The translations under genes were made by a program, and so were the position numbers. Under the pieces are notes generated by a model. That model had not been told where the DNA came from. It did not search any database and saw nothing but the letters and a program-made list of their open reading frames with translations. A stretch of 61,202 nucleotides of DNA, counting the filler, from Dimorphilus gyrociliatus (lineage: Eukaryota > Animalia > Annelida), in NCBI GenBank assembly GCA_904063045.1. It is 3 parts of 3 records of this genome, joined end to end, with 100 filler letters (N's around TTAATTAATTAA, not from the genome) between each part and the next. Parts side by side here need not be neighbours in the genome. Positions count along the whole stretch, not along the records: positions 1 to 18,890 come from CAJFCJ010000078.1; 2 more parts are not named here. One strand, given 5' to 3'. This document shows, piece after piece, positions 1-12,186 of the stretch (positions are counted from its first letter, which is position 1; each line of letters begins with the position of its first letter).

Positions 1-347
1 TTACTTTTGTTTTTGTCAACATTAAAATTTGTCAACTATCAACCTTTGAAAGAGTATATAAACCCTACAAACTTAACAGTTGATAATTTAGTTTTTAACC
101 ATCAGATAGTTGTTCAAAATAGCTTGTTTAGAACTAGAAGCTCATTCTACTCAATACATATTCTTTGCACGAAATACTGGTGTTTTGTTGATTAATTTCT
201 ACCAAAATTACATTTGTTAGACTATTTGTGGATGAACTTAAAGGTTCTATTTGTGTGAGTACTTTGGTAAGTCGGTAAATGATTGGAAAGGACGATTACA
301 GTTGTGATGAATCAGAAATTCCTACAATTACAATACAACAAAGTACA
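1..347 (+). mobile_element. LTR (family 3) 3' portion, cut by window start
   Basis: Near-identical to 56222-56570 and similar to the LTR following the env ORF (20090-20828, minus); ends ...TACAATACAACAAAGTACA. Confidence 0.8.
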
Positions 348-392
348 GTTAGTGCAAATTCAAAATTTGAATTTATTAAATTAATTACTTAA

Positions 393-1844
393 TTAAGGTT
401 GATCAGATAGTTCTTCTTCTCCATCACTTTCAATTTGTTCAGAAGTAGTAGATGTTTCATCCTCTTCATTGCTGTCGCCATATGCGGAGGAGGTAGTAAA
501 TATATCGGAATCTTCATCATCATCAATAGAATCGTATAAAGACAAATTATCAGATGACATAAAATCAGAATCATCAAATAAACTGTTTGGAAAAATTTCC
601 TCATTATGGAAAACGTTATCTATTTTTGGAAAATAGTAAATATGATAATTGATGTTTAATTTTGTTAAATCAGTTTGTTGTGAAATAAAATCTTGAAATA
701 AGATAAAATCTATCCTATCAGTTGGAAAGAAGTTGATTATTTTTAATGTTTTCAACATTAGTGTTTCATACTCGAAGAGTTGACTCTGTAAGAGGTCAAG
801 TAGACAAGTTGCAACCAATCTTTCAGGATCATAAATGAAATATAAACTCAATTTTATCAATTTTGTTTGTGATTCAATAAATTTAATGATACTATAAGTC
901 AAAGCCTTGGAATTGATTGTCAGCTTTTTCAAATATGTTATACAAGAGATTCTTTGCAGAAAATCTTCAAAATCATTAGTAGATTCTGGATACAAGTGTA
1001 AATTTTCTAAACATTTCTGATTAATTAGAATATTTGCAAATGTCGGACCATCACAAGTTGATGTTAGGGGTATATCAATTGTTTTCAAACTTAAATTTAT
1101 AAAATTGATGGGTTTAATCAAATATCCTGATGTAATATTGTTCAATCTTGAGATATTCACTCGAAGGGTTTTCAGATTTGTATTCTTTTTAAGAAATGGA
1201 AGAAATTCAAGCTTTCTTAAAAATTCTAATTGAATGTAATACTCTGAATTAAAATTACTGTTTGCCGTCTCAGATAAAGTTTCACTCTTAGCAGGTTCAA
1301 TCAAACCAAAAAAGATATTAAATAAATGAATACTTTTAAGTTCTGTTTGATTCTTAAAAAACTGAACAAAACTTTCAGAAGATTCTCTTTTCAATGAAAT
1401 ATTCTTTAAACAGATTTTTTGAAGTTTTTTTAAACAATTTAATCTTTGTTGATTCAAAATAAAAGGTGAAAGAAAACTTCTTGTATAGTCAAATTTCAAT
1501 TCTTCAACACTGTTCAAACAAATATTATTCAATATTTCATCATATTTTTTAACTTGTCTTAAAGTTAAATTTTGTATTGGTTGATTCTGTAAGAAATTGA
1601 AATTACAAAACTTGACAGCTTCATCTTCATTTAGAGAAAGTTTTGTTAAAATAGAACACTTTGATGTAAATATTAACAAATCATTTTCTTTAAATTCGTT
1701 AATCTTTTCTTTACAGAAATCAAAAATCAAATTTATTACAAGTGGAGGGACAAAAAAGTTATTCTTTAGACAGATTTCACCTTGTTTGTCTATTGAGTTA
1801 TATATTTGAAATAGAGCCAAATGTTTTAAACTCTTAGCGGGCAT
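393..1844 (-). CDS. Intronless leucine-rich-repeat protein with N-terminal BC/VHL-box-like motif and acidic C-terminal tail
   Basis: Open ORF; first plausible ATG at 1844 (MPAKSLKHLALFQI); repeated LxxLxL units (LTKLSLN, LKKLQKICL, LKTLRVN, LENLHLY, LKKLTIN, LTKLNIN); D/E/S-rich tail. Confidence 0.75.
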   Translation of the reverse strand: MPAKSLKHLALFQIYNSIDKQGEICLKNNFFVPPLVINLIFDFCKEKINEFKENDLLIFTSKCSILTKLSLNEDEAVKFCNFNFLQNQPIQNLTLRQVKKYDEILNNICLNSVEELKFDYTRSFLSPFILNQQRLNCLKKLQKICLKNISLKRESSESFVQFFKNQTELKSIHLFNIFFGLIEPAKSETLSETANSNFNSEYYIQLEFLRKLEFLPFLKKNTNLKTLRVNISRLNNITSGYLIKPINFINLSLKTIDIPLTSTCDGPTFANILINQKCLENLHLYPESTNDFEDFLQRISCITYLKKLTINSKALTYSIIKFIESQTKLIKLSLYFIYDPERLVATCLLDLLQSQLFEYETLMLKTLKIINFFPTDRIDFILFQDFISQQTDLTKLNINYHIYYFPKIDNVFHNEEIFPNSLFDDSDFMSSDNLSLYDSIDDDEDSDIFTTSSAYGDSNEEDETSTTSEQIESDGEEELSDQP

Positions 1845-2842
1845 TATCCTCAATATCTGCTGAAACTGAAAGCAAAAATCATGGTAAGGTAAAAAAAATG
1901 GTGGTAAGGACACCAAAAAAAAAAAAAAGCAGTACTAGAACAATTTTCGAAAATGTGACGAGTATAGTTTATTAGACAGAAAAGGATTACCAATATTTAT
2001 GGCATAGTTTCATATCTATGTTATCTATGTTATCAAACTTTTCACTTCTGATGGTTACTTTTTGAATGCAATCTAATCCTTTGTTTCAATTAGGGTTTAT
2101 TCAATGAATCATTGACACAAACATCTATCAACCATTCTTAAAAGTTAATTATCACAAACCACGTCTAAATGGAAGGAATGCAACAGCAAAAAAAATACAA
2201 CAACTGCAAAATTCTCCTATTTTTGGATTCATTATTGGTTTTGAGTAAAAGCTTAAAAGTGTTGACTAAAACAAGACTCATTTCCTTTCTGATTTACTTA
2301 TAAATACTATGACAAACTATCTCCTAAGTAAATAAACTCTTGGTTACGCTATGCTTATTATTGAAAAATAAGAAGAGAGAGAGAGAGAAGCAAGCACTTC
2401 CTTGGCTAATTACCTTTGCTTTAAAATTGACGGTAATTTTATCATAAGTGACATTTCTGACATTTCCGACATTTTAAAAAATGTCAATTGACATAATTAC
2501 AAACTAACCTCATAAACTTTAACCTGTTTGTAAAATACTTTTTACAGTGTTATAGTGTTGTTAGTTGTTTATGTTGGGTCAAATTGAGGTCATGCTTTGG
2601 GCATTATTCCTCTAAATATATATTTGTTGATGTAGTATAAAGTAACTCTAAGAAAGGTCTCTTTAGAATTTTCTATCGCTTGGGGAAATGTAATCTTAAG
2701 TTATTTAATCAGTATTATTAAAATATCATTACAAAGATGGCTAATAACAAATGAATTTGATTACAGCAAATAGTTAAGATTCATATAAAATCTATTTTCT
2801 GTAGAGATCTAAAGCTCATTTCTATTTGATAAAAGAGAAAAA

Positions 2843-3814
2843 ATGGAGAATACAACTCTATCAACTGTTGGAATAGACTTTGAATTTTTCATACCATTTC
2901 TAATTTATATATCAATTACTATGACAATTGGAATATTTTCAAATTTTCTTATTCTATTCTTCTATAATTTTAAGAAAACTTTTAATCCTAATGATTTATT
3001 TATTAAATTTATGGCAATTGTCGATATAATTGTATGTTTGATTTGTGGTCCTTTTTCTATTGTTCTCGAAATGGGTATGATTACTAATAGTATCATTTGT
3101 AAAATGGGTTTGTTCTTCTATCATTATCTATTAGTTACCTCGTCATTCGCATTCCTGTTTGTTGCCGTTGAACAATGGTTTTGCATTTGTAGACCTTTGA
3201 TTAAACTCAATGAAAAACACATAAGAATGATGTTTATGTCGTTGTCTTCATTCTCTTTATCGTCTGGTTTATTAAATTGTCTAAAATACGGAATTAGAGT
3301 TGGAAAAAGATACGACGGTCGTGTATTGATCAATTGTTTTCCAATACCCGGAATATTAGATAATGTACATAATTACCTTACTAATGTTCTGTATGTAACG
3401 GCTGTAATTCTGCTATATACAACCTATGGCCTAATTTATAGGGTTATCATATTAAGAGCAATAAAACTAAGAAAGAATAGAGTGAATGAGGATCAGACAA
3501 CTTCTAAACGTTCTAAAAGCTTTAAGAAGAATATTAGAACTGTATCTATGCTATTTGGCGCATCAACAATATTTCTAATCAGCTGGTTTCCATTGTCATT
3601 TTCAAATACTGGCATTTTTCCATCAAATATCGTTCTATATCATATCTTTTTTATTAATAATTGTACAAATTTTTTTGTCTATGTTCTATTTCAGATAACG
3701 TTTCGTAAAAATTTACTCAGGCATTTTTTATGTAGAAATTCAACTATCGACAGTTCAAGTAAAAAGACTAATACTACAAATCAAACGTCGCAGACGCGGA
3801 CAAGTTTAACTTGA
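2843..3814 (+). CDS. Orphan class A (rhodopsin-like) GPCR, intronless, 323 aa
   Basis: Seven hydrophobic segments; TM1 GIFSN, TM2 MAIVD, TM3 end AVEQWFCICRPL, TM6 ISWFP, TM7 NFFVY, helix 8 FRKNL. Confidence 0.9.
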   Translation: MENTTLSTVGIDFEFFIPFLIYISITMTIGIFSNFLILFFYNFKKTFNPNDLFIKFMAIVDIIVCLICGPFSIVLEMGMITNSIICKMGLFFYHYLLVTSSFAFLFVAVEQWFCICRPLIKLNEKHIRMMFMSLSSFSLSSGLLNCLKYGIRVGKRYDGRVLINCFPIPGILDNVHNYLTNVLYVTAVILLYTTYGLIYRVIILRAIKLRKNRVNEDQTTSKRSKSFKKNIRTVSMLFGASTIFLISWFPLSFSNTGIFPSNIVLYHIFFINNCTNFFVYVLFQITFRKNLLRHFLCRNSTIDSSSKKTNTTNQTSQTRTSLT

Positions 3815-4252
3815 GGATAGAAAATCTGGAATGAAATCTTTCTCAATTGTTAGGTTTTGTGTTAAAGGAAGACTGGAAAAGCAATAATAAAAGATTATAT
3901 TTTTGCCAATTCCTTACCAGTTTTCCTCTCTTTTAAGTGGCTATCATATTGTTGTCTTTATTGTTGTTGTTGCTGTTGTTTTTTAGAGGCCTATATACAT
4001 TTACAAATAGTAAAAAGTCAGTTATTACTTGTAAAAAAAAAAAAGGATTACACAAATACTGAAAACTAAAATAACACTTTCCAGTTAAGAGCAACATTTC
4101 AGTCCTTGTTAGGCCTTAGCCGAAGGTTAGAAGTCTGAAAAAGGGTTAGGCCGAAACTCTTAATAAGTTAAAGCATAATTTGAAAATCCGTATTTTCTTG
4201 TACATAATAGAGATATCTATTAATTCTTGATGTTCCTTCAATGTAAAAATTT

Positions 4253-4458
4253 GGATACGACAGAAAACGTCCCCAAATGCATGGTTTAACCCTAACCCTA
4301 ACCTAGCCCTTGTCCCTCTCTAACCTTTTTGATTACCCCTAACCCTTAGATGGAACCCCCCTAACTACAAATCAAAAGCTACTTTACTCCTACTAACCAT
4401 TTTTCAATCCGAAATGTTGCTTTCAAAAAACTCACTTGGGGACGTTTTCTGTCAGCCC
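4253..4458 (+). mobile_element. ~200-bp MITE-like element with subterminal inverted repeats and internal (TAACCC)n
   Basis: GACAGAAAACGTCCCCAA (~4259) and TTGGGGACGTTTTCTGTC (~4436-4453); near-identical inverted copy at 16016-16222. Confidence 0.8.
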
Positions 4459-4503
4459 CTAAAAATTTACATCATACAAACTAGAGATTCAATAGAGAAG
4501 ACA

Positions 4504-5779
4504 ATGTGGAAGAAGATTGTTTGCCTTTTCTTATGTATTGCAGTTAAAGTGTTTTCAAATCATGTAAATTTGGCTTATGAACAATTTACAAACATGTCTG
4601 GTGTGTGGCCATCCAGCGATACTCATTTAGCGGTAAATGGAGAATTCGATCCCAGATACCTGGATCATAAAAGAAGTAGTCATACTTTGGAGACAAATCG
4701 ACCGTGGTATTTGATTCAATTAGACAAATCCTATATTATTAAGACCATAAGAATTCTGAATAGAAGAAACTATTCTGCAAATATGAAAAATTTGATTATA
4801 GGTACTCGACTGTTAAAGGAGACGTCAATAAAAGATTTTAGTGCCTATAAGCAATTCCTGGTAAGGTTTCAGCCTCTAGATCTGAAACAATGCACTACAA
4901 TGGTAGACCTCATTTTGCAACTTCAGTTATAATATACAGAGATGAACATGGAATTCTAGCTTTATGTCAAATTGAAATGTGGAGTTTAGATAATATTAGT
5001 AAAAATAAGATGACATCAATAAGTAGTACACCTAATGATAATTCAAAAAGCTCGTATGCTGTTGATAGCCAAACCTGTTCAGTGTATGGTCAAAATGGCA
5101 TTTATTGTTCTCATACAGCGAGGGAGAAGACACCGTGGTGGAAAGTTGATTTAGAGAAAACCAGTGTTGTGTTTGCTGTGACAATCATTACGAGAGGATA
5201 TATCAACAGTGATAGATCAAGGAATCTTCGTATTGCCGTTGCTAATGATGACAGTGTTCCTACACCGCAAACACTGTCCAAAATCAACAGTTGGTCGTTA
5301 TTTATCGACTACTGTCATTTCCAATCCTCAAAATGACCCATTAATCTTATGCGAAGTAGACGTTTTTGGTTATAATTTGGACAGGAACCTAGTTACGAAT
5401 ATCATATTTCATAACGAAACTGATTACTATCACAATACAAATGAACCTATTGAAGATTGCAGTGAACATAGAAAATACAATGCAGATATATCAAAATTTC
5501 ATAAGTCGTCATTTCAGCTGATAATAAAAGGCGTAAGCATTGTAAAGGCTTGTAAAGAAGGAAATTTTGATTTAGTATCAATTTTCACAAAGACAAAAGG
5601 AGAATTTATAAATGAATGTAAACTTTTGAGTGTCGTTGATGGCTATTTTACGGAAAGAGTTTGATACATGTACTTTTTTCTGTGACTGCCGTGTTTATAA
5701 TTGTAAATCATTCTCCATTTCTTATTCATTAACCATAGAAACATTGTATAAAGAAATTTTTATCTTTTTTAAATATTGA
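4504..5779 (+). pseudogene. Tandem F-type lectin (FTP/F5-8C-like x2) pseudogene with three frameshifts
   Basis: Signal peptide MWKKIVCLFLCIAVKVFS; collinear with the intact paralog at 6727-8079 across frame changes at ~4857, ~5273 (about 53-nt deletion relative to the paralog) and ~5659; last frame ends CKSFSISYSLTIETLYKEIFIFFKY*. Confidence 0.8.
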
Positions 5780-6468
5780 CCTACAACACAGCTGCTATGT
5801 TACACTTTAGGGTGAATTAACTCTTTTGCTCTCTCTCTCTCTCTCTGTCTCTCTCTTTCAAATACAAAAACTTCAGGAAAGAAATGATCATTATTGATTA
5901 TTGGATTGAAAACACACACACACATACAATACATCTTCAAAAGTAAGAATATTGAATAATTGATAAAAGTCAAAAAATTAACCTTAAACATTGAAAGAAC
6001 GTCATTCAAATAAATAATTCCCCAATTCCATTCATTTTCAATACTGTCGACAAAAATTTGCTCTAACAAATGTTAAAGTCTTTATAATCATTTATAGATC
6101 TTCTGAAAGTGAATGGAAAAGTTGAATTTGTGATTGGAAAAGTTGGAAAATTCCATAACCTTAAAACAGTGCTGGAAAACTTACTGATGGTTACACTTCA
6201 TAATTCACAGAGAAAGCTTGCCAAAATGATGACTTTTTTCTCTATGATTCAATGGAAATAGGACATAGAAAATGTTAAATGTTCAAAATTAACATTTTTT
6301 GAACATGGAAATTCAAAAAAAAAAGAATCAAAAGAATAACAAGAGAAAAGATCATAAGATAGACTTGAAAATAAACGAGAAAAGATTTTAAGTGACAGTT
6401 TTTTTTGCAAGCATTTAAAAATCTATCTCTTTCTAAAATTTCAAATGTAAAGAATTGATTCCCAATAA

Positions 6469-6630
6469 CCAAACCTTTATTGGTAATTAAAGATGAGCCT
6501 TGAAGCTGACTAATGAGACTTATGTTTGGCCAATGTTATAGCATTTTCTTGTGTAGGTTTTAAGATGTACATGTATATATTGCATCAAATAATAGAGTTC
6601 AAGCATGTAAAATATAACCAAAGTTTTACA
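6469..6630 (-). mobile_element. 5'-terminal ~160 bp fragment of LTR family 1
   Basis: Near-identical to ~18269-18430 and the reverse complement of ~56889-57050. Confidence 0.85.
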
Positions 6631-6726
6631 ATGTCGACCCAACTCAACTTTGTATAATAGATTAATGTTTTTTCAAAAATGTGTATTATGACGTAATTTC
6701 CAAACGGAAATAGAGTTTTGTTGGAA

Positions 6727-8079
6727 TTAATTCATTTTAAAAAATACATACATCTCCTTAAAAAATATTTGCAGTCGTTTTGAAATAAATAGCGAAAATG
6801 ATTTGCAGACGAAACCATTGCATTCACATTTATATTTACAAGAACTAAACATATCTCTTTCGATGTTATATCCATTTTTTACATTTATTAAACTGCAAAT
6901 ATTTTCGTATTTCATTCCGCTCGATTGGTTTAATTCAAATATTACGGATGTAGATATTATACTCTTTTGACACAGGTCATCAACACCAACACCTGTCAGG
7001 TCAAGTTCAAACTCTGTTTTATTATATAAAGCGATATCGGTTGAATATTTCACATTTCCGTTACAGTCTTTCTCCTCCTCTCCTTTGTATTCGTATTTCT
7101 CATCGTCGTAAAGTATTGTATAGACGATGAGAGACTCTGACAGATTGAAACCAAATATGTCTACTTCGCATAGAGTAAGTTTTTCCGTATGCCCAGTTTC
7201 CGATTTAATCATAACGGAAACGTATTGGCCAATAGACCATTGAGGACATCTACTTGTTAAATAGACTCCCTGATTACCGTTAAAATTGCCACATTCTCTA
7301 TAAACATTGGGTGAAGGTAGAGTATTATTTTCACTTATTGCAATTCGAAGATTGTGAAATGAAAATTTGTCAATTCTGCCAATAGTTGTTACAGCGTAAA
7401 TAACACTTTTCTCCTCTAAATCAACTTTCCACCACGGATTATGTTCAATATCTGAACATGCGCATGGGGCTAACCAATTTTGAAGTCCCATATTATGAAG
7501 ACCATTCGACTGACCATCTAAAGCATAATTCGGCAATCTGCCAATTGAACTCATTGTAGAATTTTTAAATTTAGCAATATTTTTCAATGTCCATATTTCC
7601 ATTTCGCATAAATTTAAAAATTGGTGGTCATTTAAATAAAGTAGAACAACGGAACCGTAATGAGGTTTGTCAGTAAAATGAAATGTATGAGATCCAGAAG
7701 GTCCGGGACTGTTTGCCTTATATCCAAATAGTTTGTAATCATCAAAATTGATTGTAGCTATGTCTCTTGATAATTTAGTTTTTATATAAATGTTTTTCAA
7801 TCTATCAGAAGAGCCGTGTCTGTTCAGAATTCTAATATCTCGAATGATATAAGCCCTATCCAATTGTACAACAAGCCACGGCCTATAAATATATGTTGTA
7901 TGAAGGCAGGCAGTGTTATGAACAGCCACTGTATAGAAATTTCCATCCAATACTGCACTGGCTGGACCACCAAACTGAACACTAATTTCTTTACTGTTCT
8001 GCTTATAGGCGATATTTACGTGTTTACTTGACAAAGTCAAAATAGGAAATTCCAGAAGAAAAAGGAGTGAAATTACCAT
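6727..8079 (-). CDS. Secreted two-domain F-type lectin (fucolectin-like) with Cys-rich C-terminal domain, 450 aa
   Basis: Signal peptide; two domains with A.DG, C.HT...PW.V.L, I.NR...RL and L.LCE..I motifs typical of FTP domains. Confidence 0.85.
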   Translation of the reverse strand: MVISLLFLLEFPILTLSSKHVNIAYKQNSKEISVQFGGPASAVLDGNFYTVAVHNTACLHTTYIYRPWLVVQLDRAYIIRDIRILNRHGSSDRLKNIYIKTKLSRDIATINFDDYKLFGYKANSPGPSGSHTFHFTDKPHYGSVVLLYLNDHQFLNLCEMEIWTLKNIAKFKNSTMSSIGRLPNYALDGQSNGLHNMGLQNWLAPCACSDIEHNPWWKVDLEEKSVIYAVTTIGRIDKFSFHNLRIAISENNTLPSPNVYRECGNFNGNQGVYLTSRCPQWSIGQYVSVMIKSETGHTEKLTLCEVDIFGFNLSESLIVYTILYDDEKYEYKGEEEKDCNGNVKYSTDIALYNKTEFELDLTGVGVDDLCQKSIISTSVIFELNQSSGMKYENICSLINVKNGYNIERDMFSSCKYKCECNGFVCKSFSLFISKRLQIFFKEMYVFFKMN

Positions 8080-8649
8080 TTTAGATTGAGAGCTGTATGA
8101 TAGAAAATAAGAGAAAAAGTGGATTATATTATTGAATTAGATATTCAAATTTAATGAGTATGAACTAATCTCTAATTCAAATGTTGAACAGTTAACGATT
8201 GAATGTGACATTTCTTATTTAGGACTAAAGCTTTATTAGACTTTATTTAAATTATACATGCAATGCATTTTAAATAAAGTTAGCCTATAATATTACCATA
8301 GCAAAATGCATCTTTAATTCACCAATTGAACAAAATTTATCCTACCCTTTGTGAGTGATTATCACAAACTATTAATATAGACAATCGTTACTTTCTATTA
8401 ACATAAAATAATTTTATTGATTCTACCCTCTCTCTCTCTCTCTCTGCTTTGTGTCACGTGATCTATAGGTCAAAATTCATCTTACCAATCATATTTGATT
8501 ATGCAACACTATTTAATTTTGCTTTGTAAACATAGATATATATTTCTATAAATTCTAAATATCTATCTATAGTTAAATCTATATTCTGATTGATAATGAT
8601 AAAGATTGAGAAATGGTTAGGCAGAAGAAAACAGCAACTGATTTATACT

Positions 8650-8742
8650 TAGGAGGGTCTAATGGAAAAGGTTAGGTACAGCTAAGGGCTGGGGTTAGGG
8701 TTAGAGTAAAAGCACTCATTTGTGGACGTTTTTGTCGCATCC
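8650..8742 (-). mobile_element. Partial diverged copy of the telomere-motif MITE
   Basis: GGGTTAGGGTTAG followed by TTTGTGGACGTTTTTGTCGCATCC, matching the end of the 16016-16222 copy. Confidence 0.55.
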
Positions 8743-8825
8743 GTTTCATAAAGAATACGTTTTCACAATTGATTAGATTAAATTTAAAAATAAAAAAATA
8801 CAGTTTCATACCAAATATTACAGTT

Positions 8826-8894
8826 TAAAAACTGTATCAGTTTAAAAATTGTATCAGTTCAAAAATTGTATCAGTTCAAAAACTGTATCAGTTG
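8826..8894. repeat. 17-bp tandem repeat x4 (AAAA(C/T)TGTATCAGTT(T/C)A)
   Basis: Read directly; the unit core AACTGTATCAGTT is quasi-palindromic. Confidence 0.8.
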
Positions 8895-9065
8895 ACTAGA
8901 TAAGAAGTGATATTTTAATGTTAACAAGATTATCATTAAAGACAGTTTAATAGAAATATATAAGAAAATTTTGCTTATCCAAAGATCAGTGACACTTTTA
9001 AATCACTGATTAACTTATCATGAATGATATAAAAGGCAGCAAATATTTTGAGTTTTATCAAAACG

Positions 9066-11016
9066 ATGATGAAAACTGCAAAAGCATTTTCTTTTATTTT
9101 CTTAATAGGTAAAATAGTTTGAATAATGAATTTTTATTATTATTAAAACTGGTATTAATTTTTCAGTGTGTTTGGCAAGACAGAGTGTTTGTTTTCTTTG
9201 TCCAGTGGATGAGGACTTTAAACCGTTAGATGGTGCATTTGCGGATCCGAACAATTGCGCTATTTACTACCATTGTATTAATGGAACATCTTACAGTCAG
9301 CAATGTCCACCTGGCCTCGTCTTTACAATTTCTGTAATAAATTGCGAGTACTCAACTTGTGTAGAACCGAAAGACTCCAAATGTCCAGGGGATAATCAAC
9401 AGCAATATTCCAGATCATTCCCCCAATGCTCCCAAAGTAATCCAGTTGCCAAAGATCTCAGTGGAACTTGTTATAAAACGAATGTGGAAGATTGTCCACC
9501 AAATAGAAATGGAACTTTTCCAAATAGATTTGATTGTAGACAGTACTTTCATTGTGTAAATGGTCAACAATGGCCTCAGCAATGCCCCAATGGATATTTC
9601 TTTAGTCCGGATTTAAATGTAAGAGATTGCTCAACTAGAATGTGTGTCCCATTCGAAGAGGCTGAATGTCCTATATCAGGAGGATGGTCTAGTTGGTCAG
9701 CCTGGCAAAATTGCCAACCATCATGCGGCAGTGGAACAAGAGTTCGAACAAGAAAATGTGACAATCCTCCTCCTTCTAATGGAGGTTTTGACTGTTTGGG
9801 AAACGAAGTTGATGTGGAACCTTGCGAAAATGATCCTTGCATCAATACTGTTGAGCCAGCTTTTCTCCTATCTAATATCAGAACGGAACGCTTCGATAAA
9901 TTTAATAGAGTAAATTTCAATAATTTGAATATCTACAATTCCTCCACAAATAGGCTGACAATTCGGAAATCTGGAATATATGTATTCTCACTAACAGCTG
10001 GAGCAAATCATATATCTGAAGTTAATTTAAGACTGGCTGCAACGCCTACAGCAGTTGGGTTGATAAAAGGAAGCCAATTTGATAATGCTAGAGGACCTTT
10101 GGTGAAATCAAGGATAATAATTTCTTCCCTAACACCTCTATCCTCTCCTTACGTTCCATCTCATACAGCTGGTTTATACTTTAGTACGGAAGCTGGAAAA
10201 GAGACTGCATGGTCAGGATTCTATATCAGCACAACAACAGTATTATTCGCTTCTTCTTCTAGAAGGGAAACAAATACTGGTGAAATATCGCTGCCAGCCA
10301 CTCACACATTGAGGAATGTTATTGTTATAAGCAATAGTTTTATAGTTGGTAGCAGTGACATGTATTACATCCAATTTGGAGCTGGAACGTCATATTTGAA
10401 AGATCTTGAAATATCTGTCTTTATCAATACTGCAAAAACTAATTCTACTCTGATAAGAATTGGAAATTCTGATATATTAAATGACCAATTTTCAAGAGGT
10501 TTTCTAATTCATTTACAGAGTAATGATCGAATAACTTTACACAACAATAGAGGAGCAATTAGGTCAAGTTCGAACAACAATGAACTCTACTTATGCGCTT
10601 TAGCGTTAAATAGAACAAGAGAAGCCTTTTACGCCTATAGAACAACAGATTTCTCTAGTTCAGCTTATAGGAAAATTAATTTTGATAAAATTGAAATCGA
10701 TGAGGGCAATTCTTGGAATTCAGCAACTATGGAATACGTAAGCCAAGTTGATAATCTCTTTCATGTTGATTTCTCAATTGGTGTTGGCGCTAATATTAGA
10801 GGATCGGCTAGAGTTGTTGTAGATGGTATCGAAGTTTTAGCTGTTCGAAGAGGATTTACAGTTACCTCTACCATTGATACAGTCTCAAGATCTGGTCTGG
10901 TAAGATTAAATATAGGATCCAGACTTTCAATTCAAGGTGAAGGAGATTTGAAACCATATAATTCCCAATTAATATCTTTAACATTATTTCCCGTATCTTC
11001 CTTAAATTCAGCCTAA
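9066..11016 (+). CDS. Secreted protein: 2x chitin-binding peritrophin-A (CBM14), TSP1, ~3x C1q-like domains; exons 9066-9108 and 9167-11016
   Basis: Signal exon MMKTAKAFSFIFLI joined by a 58-nt GT-AG intron; two D/N-C-x-x-Y/F-x-x-C...CP-x-G-x-x-F modules; WSSWSAWQNCQPSCGSGTRVRTRKC; C1q-type AF...F...N...SG.Y.F blocks. Confidence 0.85.
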
Positions 11017-12186
11017 ATAGATGATTCTTGTTCTTCAATTCTCAAAATCATAACTGTACAATGTTTATAATTTTTTTAAAAAAATACATTTTCAAAATGG
11101 CTGCCTAAGCAATGCGTCTCTGATTCAGAATAATGATGACTTTCATCTTGTATTCCGCCATCTGCTCTTCGACAGTCAATAGTCCTATAGTTTGAATATC
11201 CCCAGATTTCAGCAGCTGCTTTTCTTGATAAATAGTTGATTATTGAATTTTTTTTTATAATTTAAAGCTGCTAAAAGACTGTTAAAGAGATTAATATCGG
11301 TATGAATAGTCAAGAAAATGATATATATTTCTATATTCTGCTTTTTTGTTCTTGTAACCAAACTTTGCAAATTGTCTGTAGTAATAACAAATATTTATCA
11401 AAGTGTAATAATGATTAATGGCCAGTACTGTATTATATACTTTTAACTGCTTTTCAAGTCTCAATTGAATTATGGGAAAATTGAATTAATGCTCTCGTAT
11501 TAGTGTGTAATGCATATATTATTAATATATAAAAAGAGTAATCATTTGGCTATAGATAACATTTTTTACAATCAAGCCTATGAATGAACTCAATACATAA
11601 GAAAATCGTTGAACACTTTCAAATATACATTTTTTACTAATGATTCAGAAGATTTTCATAGCTTTTTGCCAACAATAATGTCAAGAATGGTTCATGTAGT
11701 ACAGTTACCATGACAACTGTTATTGAAGAAAATTATTCCAATATTAGCATGAATATTTGCTGTAGGATATAAAATTTATTGAAAAATTGATAGATTCATA
11801 GAAAAATGAGATATTCTTATTAAGTGATTGTTAAGAAAGAAGGACAAAAAACAATATTCTATAGTGTAATTGATCTCTTTCAATTTAATATGATAAGACA
11901 TCAATTTACTAAATAAAATATTCTTTTTTGTCTGTTAAATAGCAAAAAAAGATAATCCTTATCCTTTAAATGGAAAATAAACATATGAATTTTCTTCAAT
12001 ATCCACACCATATTATTACTATAACTTTTCATCAATAGTAGATATTATGTATGAACAATCATTCATCTTGTATTTTCCTTTCTCTATTTCCCCATATTTT
12101 TCTCAACCTAAATATTCATCCGTTAAGCCTAATAATTTCATACAAAGGGAATTGCTAGAAATTTTCTATACACTACACAAGCATTT

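Noticed and set aside
8826-8894. CRISPR-like array
   Set aside because: Head-to-tail 17-bp minisatellite with no spacers; eukaryotic context and no cas genes
11128-11210. Box C/D snoRNA candidate (ATGATGA)
   Set aside because: No properly placed box D or terminal stem
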